Of a stretch of 32,075 bases of DNA, positions 1 through 10,931 are shown one piece after another. This DNA comes from Octopus bimaculoides. Taxonomy: Eukaryota. The translations under genes and the position numbers were made by a program. The stretch spans positions 53,149,148-53,181,222 of the forward strand of contig NC_068986.1 of the NCBI RefSeq assembly GCF_001194135.2, given 5' to 3'. Below the pieces are notes generated by a model. That model searched no databases. It was not told the origin of the DNA and saw nothing but the letters and a program-made list of their open reading frames with translations. The first letter of the stretch is position 1; each line of letters starts with the position of its first letter.

Positions 1-172
1 GCCAGCGATAGATCGGGGCTTGTGGGGTCGGAGCGTGGCCTGATCATCGCTTCATTTGTGTTGTCTAACGTACTGTTAATATCATTCGATTTTTTATATT
101 TTATAAAATTTTTAAAGTCATATTTTATGTAAACCATTCGCATTACTGATCCCAATCAGTTGTTTTGTACCA

Positions 173-378
173 TTCTATGTTTATCCCCCTGTGGGCAATA
201 AAGAAATTGGTATTTCATCTGTCTTCACGTTCTGAGTTCAAATTCCACCGAGGTCGACTTTGCCTTTCATCCTTTCGAGGTCGATAAATTAAGTACCAGT
301 TGCGTAGCGGTGTCGATCTAATCGACCGGCTCCCCCTCCCCAAAAAATTTCGGCCCTTGTGCCTAGAGTAGAAAAGAA
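173..378 (+). mobile_element. SINE family A, 5'-truncated, preceded by the 3' tail of the variant subfamily
   Basis: Contains the B-box GAGTTCAAATTCC and the core GAGGTCGACTTTGCCTTTCATCCTTTCGAGGTCGATAAATTAAGTACCAGTT shared with more than 10 copies in the window. 173-207 matches the tail seen at 24025-24058. Confidence 0.85.
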
Positions 379-829
379 TATATCTTTCAATATATGTCTA
401 TGGCGTAGACGGACAGGATTCTCAATTAGAGTGCATTGTAAGTGATTTTGAATGGTTAATGTGTGCTTTTATGAGAATGTCATATCATTATTCTATGTAT
501 TAAAGTTATGAGAATACTCAATATCAAAAATCAGTCTTTTTTTAATCTTTTTTACATTTGCTCCAAGGCAGTCCTTTCGATGGATAGCAGTAGATATTGT
601 TTTAGTAACATCAAGTCGAAGTTGATAGTGCATTGGTGACATATTTGGACAGTTGCTAGTCACGTGCGTAATGTCTTGAACAGATACGCGATATAATTGA
701 CACTTTTCGATCGTATCCTAGAGGTTTAAGCGCTCCACTGTCCAGTTTCTTCAACAAGTATTTTGTAGCTGTCTCCTGGTCTTGTATTACGAAAGCATAA
801 CATTTGAAATGTGACGTGAGGCATATATG

Positions 830-1374
830 AATGTATGTATGTATGTATGTATGTATGTATGTATGTATGCGCGTACGTGTGTGAATGGATGCAGAACGCA
901 TATATACATAGATATATACGTGTGTATATATGTATGTTTACATGATGTACGTTTGTTTGTATGTATGTATGCGTCTGTGTGTGTACGTAGGTAAGTATGT
1001 GCATGTGTGTGTGTGTAGTTTCATTTGTGTGTGTTTGTATATTGTGTATGTACATGTATGTATATATGTATACATATATGTATATTTTGTATGTACTTGT
1101 ATGTATATATGTATACATATATATATATATATATATATACATCATATGTATATATGTATATACATACATATGTATGTGTACGTTTGTATGCATGTATGTA
1201 TTATGTTTACATGGATGTATGTATGTATTTATGTATATATAATTGTGTGTTTCAGTGTGTCCCAAATAACGATTTAGAAGATTTAAAGTACATCTCTATA
1301 CTATGCGTATATGTATGTGTGTGTGCGTGCGGGCGCGCGCGTTCGTGTCTTTATTATCTGCGTGTGTCTATGTG

Positions 1375-1450
<76 letters not shown>

Positions 1451-1700
1451 CATTATATGCATATATGTTAATATCTCTGTGTGTATCAGCGTGCGTCCTA
1501 TATATATATATATAGATTACGAATTTAGCTGTACATATTTGTACGTGGGTGTAGGTGGAGTGCGTGTGTGTATGTATGGGGGTATTGCATTGCATAATAG
1601 CGTGTGCGTGCCTGTGTTTCTGTGTATGTATATATGTGCTGTGTATTTGTGAGTGTACAAACATATGTGTGTATGGGTGTATGCGTGACCCTCCCTCTCT
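830..1700. repeat. Compound (TATG)n/(TA)n/(TG)n microsatellite field
   Basis: Read directly. It includes a pure (TG)n run at about 1387-1428 and explains all the YI/CV/HT-rich ORFs here. Confidence 0.95.
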
Positions 1701-1891
1701 CGTTTACAAACACACACGCGCATGCGCATACATGCACTTGCGTGTTTTCAGGATAGCATAACGGAGTATGTAACAATATATTTGGTACACTTTCAGGTGG
1801 GGTAAGTTCTGAAAGTAATTGCAGAAACGGGTATGAGAGACAGCGGTGGTGGAGGGAGTTAAGAAAAATAAAGACAGATGTCTGGGCGGAG

Positions 1892-2845
1892 GCGGAGGAG
1901 GAGGAGGAGGAGGAGAAGAAGAAGAAGAAGAAGAAGAAGAAGAAGAAGAAGAAGAAGAAGAAGAAGAAGAAGAAGAAGAAGNNNNNNNNNNNNNNNNNNN
2001 NNNNNNNNNNNNNNNNNNNNNNNNNNNNNNNNNNNNNNNNNNNNNNNNNNNNNNNNNNNNNNNNNNNNNNNNNNNNNNNNNNNNNNNNNNNNNNNNNNNN
2101 NNNNNNNNNNNNNNNNNNNNNNNNNNNNNNNNNNNNNNNNNNNNNNNNNNNNNNNNNNNNNNNNNNNNNNNNNNNNNNNNNNNNNNNNNNNNNNNNNNNN
2201 NNNNNNNNNNNNNNNNNNNNNNNNNNNNNNNNNNNNNNNNNNNNNNNNNNNNNNNNNNNNNNNNNNNNNNNNNNNNNNNNNNNNNNNNNNNNNNNNNNNN
2301 NNNNNNNNNNNNNNNNNNNNNNNNNNNNNNNNNNNNNNNNNNNNNNNNNNNNNNNNNNNNNNNNNNNNNNNNNNNNNNNNNNNNNNNNNNNNNNNNNNNN
2401 NNNNNNNNNNNNNNNNNNNNNNNNNNNNNNNNNNNNNNNNNNNNNNNNNNNNNNNNNNNNNNNNNNNNNNNNNNNNNNNNNNNNNNNNNNNNNNNNNNNN
2501 NNNNNNNNNNNNNNNNNNNNNNNNNNNNNNNNNNNNNNNNNNNNNNNNNNNNNNNNNNNNNNNNNNNNNNNNNNNNNNNNNNNNNNNNNNNNNNNNNNNN
2601 NNNNNNNNNNNNNNNNNNNNNNNNNNNNNNNNNNNNNNNNNNNNNNNNNNNNNNNNNNNNNNNNNNNNNNNNNNNNNNNNNNNNNNNNNNNNNNNNNNNN
2701 NNNNNNNNNNNNNNNNGGGGAAGGAGGGGAAGGAGGGGGAAGGGATGGTGAGGAGGGGATTAGTGGAAAGAGAATAGAGAAGGGAGAGGGGAATGGGTAT
2801 AGACAAGAGGAGGGAAATAGGGGAGAGGAGGGGAGAGGGGAGGAG
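1892..2845 (+). repeat. (GGA)n-(GAA)n microsatellite running into an assembly gap, followed by a G/A-rich purine tract
   Basis: GGA then GAA repeats at 1892-1981, N at 1982-2716, GGGA/GGAG purine tract at 2717-2845. Confidence 0.9.
1982..2716. other. Assembly gap (others at 4475-4756, 9200-9209, 18425-18653, 23627-23863, 25517-25526 and 27961-28563)
   Basis: N runs, most abutting microsatellites. Confidence 1.
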
Positions 2846-3141
2846 TTTAGGTTTCGAAAAAAAAAAAAAAAATAATGAAGAAATTATATATGAATATAAG
2901 AAATATCGACAGATATGTTTTTTTAGAACAACATGAGTTTGCAACGATTCCACAGAAAATTACTTGTATCGTTATTAAATCATGGTTAATTGTTATGGGT
3001 GATAGACGTAGACTTGCGCTTTTAATTCGTTTAAGACGTAGAGCAGTGGAAGATGAGTTGAGAGAAGTAGGATAAGGCAGAAAGGATGGTTTGAATGGAA
3101 TTGAAACATCGAAGCCTTACGCACCATTTTATTTTTATTTC

Positions 3142-3335
3142 ACTTGTTTCAGTCATTTGACTGCGGCCATGCTGGAGCATCGCCTTTTGTCGAACAAATC
3201 GACACCAGGACTTTTTTTTTTGTAAGCCTACTACTTATCGGGCTCTTTTGCCGAACCGGTAAGTTACATGGACGTAAACACATCACCATCGTTTGTCAAG
3301 TGATGGTGGAGAGGAACAAACACACACAAATACAT
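3142..3335 (-). mobile_element. 3' half of the composite SINE (family B/C)
   Basis: TTGTTTCAGTCATTTGACTGCGGCCATGCTGGAGC...TCGAACAAATCGAC...TTTTGCCGAACCG is homologous to 5138-5310 and 6591-6735. It grades into a CA/TACA microsatellite. Confidence 0.8.
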
Positions 3336-3406
3336 ACATACATACATACATATGTGTGTGTGTGTATGTATGTATGTATGTATGTATGAAAGCATATATC
3401 AATTAG

Positions 3407-4089
3407 TTATGGTGGGTAGTTTCTGGTGATGAGTGTATCCTTTAGTTCATGTAGTCGTGTGTCCCTGGTGATTGTATTAGAAACTATAGTACAAATCCTT
3501 TTTGCTAGGTTGAAAGGGATATTCATTCTAATGTGTCTGGACGGTAGATATTGCTTAGAGTCCGTGGGCTTGTAGTATATATCTGTTTCTATTTCGTTGT
3601 TAGATTTCTTAATGAGGATGTCGAGGAAAGGAAGTTGTCGATGGGTATATTCCATCGTGAATTGAATGTTTACGTCAAGTCCATTTATAAGTGCTTGAAA
3701 TTCAAGTCTCTCTATACTTTCATGCCAAAGAATGAAACAGCCATCCAGATACCTCTTCCAGTTATTTTCTATGCAGGGGGAGAATGGGTTGCCGTATTTG
3801 TCTTGTACCTTACGATAAAGATTGATTTCTAGATATCCCATGACTAGGTTAGCAAAGGAGGAGGGGCCATTCTCGTACCCATCGCAGTCCCCGATTTTTG
3901 ACAATAGAAGTAGTCATTGAAGACAAAGTAGTTATTCTCCACGATGAATTTTAGCCCTTCTATTACGAATTCTTTTTTGATGTGATGTGGGAGTTCATTG
4001 GCATAATTCTCTAGCCAGAATTGAATTGCCTGTATTCCTAGGCTGTGAGAGATATTAGAATAGAGGTTGACTACATCGAAGGATACTAG
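3407..4089 (-). pseudogene. Penelope-like retroelement reverse transcriptase fragment, frameshifted
   Basis: Minus-strand translation across two frameshifts gives LVSFDVVNLYSNI...ENNYFVFN...QKSGTAMGTRMAP / SFANLVMGY...WKRYLDG...IQFTME...LPFLDILI...TDIYYKPTD...IPFNLAKRICTIVS...RNYP. These are the RT core and thumb motifs typical of GIY-YIG PLEs. The catalytic YxDD reads YLDG. Confidence 0.9.
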
Positions 4090-5137
4090 ACTGTGTGTGT
4101 GTGTGTGCGCGCGCGCGCGTGCGTATGTCCCTTATGGATTCGAAAAGTGAGTTGCTGATATTGACGTATGAGGTATCAAAAGACTCAGTAATATTTCGGC
4201 TACCAGATAAAGTATGTTTTTTTTTGTTTTGTTTTTTTGCACAACTCTTTTTTACTACAAAAATGACTCCGAAAACTACCTCGAGTCACACAATTTTGAG
4301 ATCTTTAGTTACTGGCGGCAACTGTGCCTGAACAATCTATGCCTTAGGTAGTGCATAATGAGTAAATGTTTAAAATGATTTACCGGGGAATGAAACGTCG
4401 AAGATATACCATCAACTTTATTAGTATCATTAAGTAGATAATCTTTTAATGTGAAGTATGGTTGTTTGCGTTTTNNNNNNNNNNNNNNNNNNNNNNNNNN
4501 NNNNNNNNNNNNNNNNNNNNNNNNNNNNNNNNNNNNNNNNNNNNNNNNNNNNNNNNNNNNNNNNNNNNNNNNNNNNNNNNNNNNNNNNNNNNNNNNNNNN
4601 NNNNNNNNNNNNNNNNNNNNNNNNNNNNNNNNNNNNNNNNNNNNNNNNNNNNNNNNNNNNNNNNNNNNNNNNNNNNNNNNNNNNNNNNNNNNNNNNNNNN
4701 NNNNNNNNNNNNNNNNNNNNNNNNNNNNNNNNNNNNNNNNNNNNNNNNNNNNNNNNCATCTTTCTTACTGCTAGCCATTCAACTTCAAATTACAATTGTT
4801 AATTGTTTGAAGTCAAGTAAATTGAGATGTACATATAGTGTTATCGTATAGAGTGGAACTTCAATACGAAGTTTTGAATTCATTATGTTGTGGCTGGAAG
4901 TCCATTGCCTTAAATTTGAAGCCATTAAATCTTTAGACATTGTTTTACTGGGCTTAGTCTTTCGACTGTCGCCAAGGTGATGTATCACCCTCAAAAATCT
5001 AATTGATCATACTGACCTCAGCACGCATTTCAATCTGGCATTTATTTTATAGACCTCTACTTGATGAACTGCTAAATTTGAGACATAGTGGAACACAATA
5101 TTCGATTTAACAAATGCAAACACATACACACACACAT

Positions 5138-5321
5138 ATGCTGGGCAACTACCTTGAAAACATTTAGTCGAAAAAATCGACCCTAGTACTTATCTTTTCA
5201 AAACTAATATTCATTCTGTCAGTCTCTTCTGCCAAACTGCTGGTTCACGGGGACATAAACACACGAATACCGATTGTTCTCTAGCGGTAGTGAGGGAAAA
5301 CACAGACACACGCACACACGC

Positions 5322-5360
<39 letters not shown>

Positions 5361-5513
5361 TATGACAGGCTTCTTTGAGTTTCTGTCCACCAAATCCACT
5401 CGCAAGACTTTGGTTGGCTCGAGGCTATAATAGAAGATACTTGTCCAAAGTACCACGCAGTGGGTCTGAACCCAAAATCATGTGATAAGGGAGAAAACCT
5501 CTCACCACACAGC
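5138..5513 (-). mobile_element. Near full-length composite tRNA-headed SINE with an internal (TA)n/(TG)n microsatellite
   Basis: On the minus strand: tRNA-like head (5513-5364, homologous to 7360-7485 and 27770-27907), then a microsatellite (about 5310-5363), then a 3' domain homologous to 3142-3335 and 6591-6735. Confidence 0.8.
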
Positions 5514-6444
5514 TAGGCTTATACGTGTGTATGTGCATGTGTGTGTGCGCGCGCTTATGTGTGTGCATGTATGTATGTATGTATGTATGTATGTATGAAT
5601 GTATGTATGTATGTATGTATATACAGAGAGACAGACAAAGAGAGAGGCGCAATTTAAATAAATAATATTCCGTGATGTTCAACAAAGTGTGCCCAATTGT
5701 TCATTCAGCTCAACCATTTATTCATTGAATGTACGTGAAAGTAGCCGAGTGCACCTGTAACGTAATTTTTCGTCCGAAAAAGAAAGCAACTTACATCTAC
5801 TTATTAGAAATTCTATTAATAAAAGGCGCCGATTTTGTTCATTTGCACATTGATACGTTGGCATTGCATAATTAATCAATCAAATTAGTAAAATAGCAGG
5901 TAGAGGTAGGACACTTACTTTAGTGATAATGTCTTTTGAGACAAAGACACGTGTTCACAGCTGGAGAGACTTTCAGATCTCTCTTATCAATTGTTTCTTT
6001 AGAAAAAGAAACAGTGTCTCTTCCTTTGTGGCATGTCAATTCCAGAGAGCTGTTGACGCCTCAGGATTATCTCACTTTCTTACTCAGAATCAGTCGTAGT
6101 TTCCACTTTATATTTGCTTGCTTTCTTGTAAAGCATACAGAGTTTCAAGAAATCAAAAATCTAGCTAATATGACATTTAACATACCATTCTGTGTCTTTG
6201 TCGTCCAAATTCACTCATGCTCCCGGCAACTCTAAGTTATTTCTCTTACCATACTTGTTGTTTTTATTAAAGGACACATATAAACTTATTTACACGTGAG
6301 ATACATGCTGATCGAGCTGAGCGTAAGCAACCACAATAGCAACAAAATTTATAAAAGTGCGAAAGAACTAATGTGTATGTCAGAATTTTCTGTGTACGAG
6401 TATATGTTTATATGTATTCGTCAATATGTATGCATGTATGTACG

Positions 6445-6465
6445 CTATCTATCTATCTATCTATC

Positions 6466-6527
<62 letters not shown>
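6445..6527. repeat. (CTAT)n flipping into (AGAT)n
   Basis: Read directly; the palindrome centre TCT|AGA is at 6466/6467. Confidence 0.95.
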
Positions 6528-6590
6528 TACATATATATAGCTATGTGTGCGTATACATATATATATATATATATAATGTGTGTGTGTATT

Positions 6591-6735
6591 TACTTGTTTC
6601 AGTCATTGGACTGCAGTCATGTCGGAGCACCACCTTGAAAAATTTTTAGTCGAACAAATCGACCTAATACTTATTTAATTTTTTACGCTTGGTACTTATT
6701 TTATCGATATTTTTAACCGAACCACTAAGTGACTG
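6591..6735 (-). mobile_element. Composite SINE 3' fragment (family B/C)
   Basis: TACTTGTTTCAGTCATTGGACTGCAGTCATG...TCGAACAAATCGACC...TGGTACTTATTTTATCGA. Confidence 0.8.
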
Positions 6736-6879
6736 GTTCGAAAATCGATTAAGGTTGTTCATCATTTTTATTTCAGTCTACGGAGAAATGGCTAAAATTT
6801 ACTCTCTTTATATTATACCATACGTTGCATATATATGTAAAGGAATTAAAGGTAATGCTATGCCACTTCGTAATAATCC

Positions 6880-7110
<231 letters not shown>

Positions 7111-7359
7111 ATATAATGGAAAATGAAGAGTTGTGCACGTTTAAAGTCAGACCGTTAAATTTACACCCCTGTACATGAAATCAGGCGAAGCGAACTCAGG
7201 ATTTACCATTCGAAAGAAGTACAGTTTAATTCTATATTCTGAACTATTCTAAATGTTTCCTATTATTCGACGTGGTTAGTCTACTTGTAAGGTATCTGCC
7301 CGGGTTTAAACCAATCCCTTTACGTTATATGAACATACATTATCAACTGGTGGTGGTGG

Positions 7360-7485
7360 AACAAAATCTACTCACAAAGCTTTGGTTAGCCCGAGGCTAT
7401 AGTAGAAGACACTTGCCCAAGGTGCCATGCAGTGGGGTTGAACCCGGAACCATGTTGTTGGGAAGCAAGCTTCTAACCACATAGC
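7360..7485 (-). mobile_element. tRNA-like SINE head (family C)
   Basis: The reverse complement reads GCTATGTGGTTAGAAGCTTGCTTCCCAACAACATGGTTCCGGGTTCAACCCC...GGCACCTTGGGCAAGTGTCTTCTACTATAGCC. It has A/B-box-like elements and matches 27770-27907. Confidence 0.85.
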
Positions 7486-7700
7486 TACGTCTTTGCCTAT
7501 ATACATGCATACATACACACATGCATACGAAAAGATCACCAGCATTGTCTCACACACACGCACCTTCGTTTTGGGATCACTACTTTTTTGCTATCTCCCC
7601 TTCTTAATTCTCCTGTGTGATCCTTCTGTCCGGCATTCGCCATGATGGATCGCTGACCACTACACATATATATTTTTTCTCTTTGTTTCTTTCTGTGTTC

Positions 7701-7736
7701 CTTTCTGTTGAAGAGCGTCGGCTCGAAACGTTAAAG
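7701..7736 (+). ncRNA. Degenerate minimal type I hammerhead-ribozyme-like motif (Penelope-type)
   Basis: CTTT-CTGTTGA-A-GAGC(GTCG)GCTC-GAAA-CGTT-AAAG. Stem I is CTTT/AAAG, stem II is GAGC/GCTC, and stem III is the palindromic ACGT. The core CUGUUGA deviates from CUGANGA. Confidence 0.45.
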
Positions 7737-8097
7737 ACTTTCTCTATTCACGAGCGTTATAGTAATACATCCATTTGTTGCTTACACCACCCGTCTTCAT
7801 CTGTTGTTTTTTTCGTGAATTCTCCCATACATATATATATAATACTTTAATAACACGTTGGATAAATTTGCCCTAAGACTCCACGTGGCCGAGAAAAGGA
7901 TAGAATGGTCATTGATGGAACGTCTTTCTCTCTAAAAACGTTCAATTGTAGCTCGTTAACGCCTATAGAAATACAAAAGTTTATATATCGCACATTTTTC
8001 TCCTAAAATTTATTTCTCTTTTTCACTTATCTGTCCTGACAAAGGGCAAATTATCCGAAATGTCGGTTTCTACCTTTTCTCGACGACGATATATATT

Positions 8098-8303
8098 GAT
8101 TTCAAATCTTGGCACAAAGCCTGCAATTTGGAGGGAAGGAATAAATCGATTACATCAACCCCAGTGTTCAAGTGATACTTATTTTATCGAAACCGAAAGA
8201 TAAACTCTACTTCGGCGGAATTTGAACTCAGAATGTAAAGACGGCCGAAGTGCCGCTAAACATTTTGCCCGGCGTGCTAACGATTCTACCAGCTGACCAC
8301 CGT
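8098..8303 (-). mobile_element. SINE family A, full length
   Basis: The reverse complement has the head GGTCAGCTGGTAGAATCGTTAGCACGCCGGGCAAAATG, the B-box GAGTTCAAATTCC, the core and the tail. Confidence 0.85.
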
Positions 8304-8582
8304 ATGACGACATATATTAACATGCTTTTACTATTGCTGTGGTACTTGTGTGTGTGTGTTTCATCATAATTTTTCTACTGTTTCCCAAACCCTTTGATAT
8401 TTTTATGGATTAACTGGGAACCACGCTTAACTCAACGTTAAGTACCGCTAAACATGGTTATAGCGTGGTTATTGCTCGCGAGTATTTTACCACAGAATTT
8501 CTAGAAAGCATTTTCAGTGATGCTATTTATTTTGTCAGCAAACTCTTTATAGTTTATATTAAATCAGAAGGTTAAACGTACC

Positions 8583-8773
8583 TATTTCGTTATTGCCCAC
8601 AAGGGGCTAAACATAGAGGGAACAAACAAGAACAGACGAATGGATTAAGTCGATTACATCGACCCCAGTGCGTAACTGGTACTTAATTTATCGACCCCGA
8701 AAGGATGAAAGGCAAAGTCGACCTCGGCGGAATTTGAACTCAGAACGTAACGGCAGACGAAATACCGCCGCCT
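8583..8773 (-). mobile_element. Young 5'-truncated SINE (family A variant) with a 13-bp TSD
   Basis: Direct repeat GGTTAAACGTACC at 8570-8582 and 8774-8786. The body is nearly identical to 23874-24060. Confidence 0.9.
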
Positions 8774-9209
8774 GGTTAAACGTACCGACTCAACCACAGA
8801 CAGAAACATTCGAATAGCTTTTTTTTTGTTGTCGGCTTAAACTACACATACGTACACACACACACACACACATACACACTCACACACACACACACATGTA
8901 TGTGTATGTATATGAATATATATCTATATATGCATATATGCATAAATGTATATATATATAAATATACATATATATAAACACATACATATGTATATTAATA
9001 TATATATACAATGATATATTTTTGAAACATATTAACCTGATTAGAAGAGTCAAAGAGAATGGCAGTGTCGTGGAACTGAACAAACGACTCGCGATAGACC
9101 ATCAATATGATTTCATAATAAATAAATGCCAACAATACTACAATGAACAATTATCTCTTTTGTTTATATTTTTGCTCTCTCTCTTTCATTAGTTTCTCTN
9201 NNNNNNNNN

Positions 9210-9277
<68 letters not shown>

Positions 9278-9468
9278 CTCCATCTATCTATCTATCTATC
9301 TAGTATATATATATATATGCTATCTCGCTCGTTGACCATAATTCTCTCATTTTTCAATTTGTGTTTCTTTTCTATCATTTATCGTTTGAGTTGAAAGAGA
9401 CAATCACTATAAAACAATACGATGATGCATATTATGACGACGACAGCGACAACGACGACGCTGCTGTT

Positions 9469-9479
<11 letters not shown>

Positions 9480-9499
<20 letters not shown>

Positions 9500-9553
9500 A
9501 TGATGAGAATGGTGGTGGTGGTGGTGGTGGTGGTGGTGGTGTGGTGGTGGTGG
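9480..9553. repeat. (GAT)n and (GGT)n microsatellites
   Basis: Read directly; a (CT)n tract also lies upstream at 9210-9274. Confidence 0.95.
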
Positions 9554-9559
9554 TCATGG

Positions 9560-9930
9560 AGAAACATGTTTTTGAGTTTGTTTGCATTCAGGACTTGTTT
9601 ATCGACGAAATTGTCCAAATGCTTCTCATGCCACACTAAACATGAACTTGTGCCTGAACTTGTTCTCATGCTAAATATATTGTTCATAAGCACGTGTATT
9701 CATATGTTGTACATATCGCTATGCTAAACATGTATTTAAACATATTGTCTTCATGCTAAAAACGTATCTAAACGTCTTGTTTCCGAACATGTAGCTCTCA
9801 TTCTATACACGTTTTTTGTATACATGTTTCTTCACACATGAGCATGTTTGCATCAGAACATGTCCTCATTCTGAACATTTTCTGTGATAATATTTTTTCT
9901 TTGAATATTTTCTCTTTGAACATGTACATA
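9560..9930. repeat. Cryptic degenerate minisatellite with a recurrent (G/A)AACATGTT-like unit
   Basis: About 10 recurrences of an RRRC(A/T)TG(T)YY-like motif, interspersed with CATGCTAAA. Confidence 0.6.
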
Positions 9931-10460
9931 CTTAATGCTTTTAATTATAAGTCTTCTCTCTTGAAGTTAATCTAGAACTAAAAACTACAGCAACAATTTA
10001 CCTCCAGCCAACTACGAATTTTTTGCGCAGTCAACTTTCAAGAAGTAACAGCCAGATTTTCATATTACACCCTGCATTCAAATTACATTGAATAATGTAC
10101 ATAATACACTCTCCTACTCGAATTATTAAAAGACGGGATATGTCAAGGCTGGAATGCTAAACAACAATTTAGGCTTCTGTACTAACCTGCCTTTCAAAGT
10201 ATGTAGCATGCTCCTACATAAAAAGAAATTAGTGAAATTTTCTTGCTGTTCATTAGTTTTGGGTTAGCCATGATCGAGCAAACATGTAATTTAATGTATC
10301 CTTCCTATTTTAAAACGACAGGATGTTATGTGAAAGGTATTTGTCTGGTATTTCACGCAATCTTGTCCAACTAGATATATATATATTTATATATATTATA
10401 TGTGTGTGTATACATGTATATACATACACACACACACATGTGCGTGCACGTGTGTGCGTG

Positions 10461-10504
<44 letters not shown>

Positions 10505-10931
10505 CACGCGTGCGTGTGTGCGTCTGTATGCATATGTGTGTGCGCGTGCGTGTGTGTTCTAATATTTTAATGCTTTCTTCGTGTCTTACTGTCGCAAATG
10601 TCTTGTGTAATCAATAAAATATAGGTAGAAGTGATTTTGTATTCAATGATGTTTCTCGGAGAGTACCCAACATTAGCTGTTCCTTGGGTAACGACTGGAA
10701 AACTGAAAAGTTGAAGCCAAGGACGATATAGAGGGAAGGTGCTCAATGGCTTTACTAGCTGGCTTCAAAAAGACCAGTCCGATAAAGTGATAAGTTGTGT
10801 ATGAAGCTTCATGGTCGTCGGCACCTGTGTGTATGCAACATGAAAAAGAGAGAGAAATTGCTCACAGTTCAAACGATTACAGAGAGACTCCTTTGATTTT
10901 GTACAAGCAAAAAATATATTTAACGAAATGC

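Noticed and set aside
726-1776. Many 70-180 aa ORFs rich in YI, CV, HT and poly-I/M/V (also at 6.7-7.2, 9.1-9.7, 10.3-10.6, 22.6-23.9, 25.3-26.2 and 29.0-29.5 kb)
   Set aside because: They are translations of stop-free microsatellites, not genes.
1846-2953. Long ORFs containing X runs (also near 4.4-4.8, 18.4-18.7, 23.6-23.9 and 27.8-28.8 kb)
   Set aside because: They are open only because they span N gaps.
2875-3075. 66-aa ORF ending ...RRRLALLIRLRRRAVEDELREVG
   Set aside because: No recognisable domain or consistent splice structure.
5905-6010. Minus-strand 78-nt segment with good acceptor and GTAAGT donor
   Set aside because: All three frames contain a stop. It could only be a non-coding exon, and nothing else supports it.
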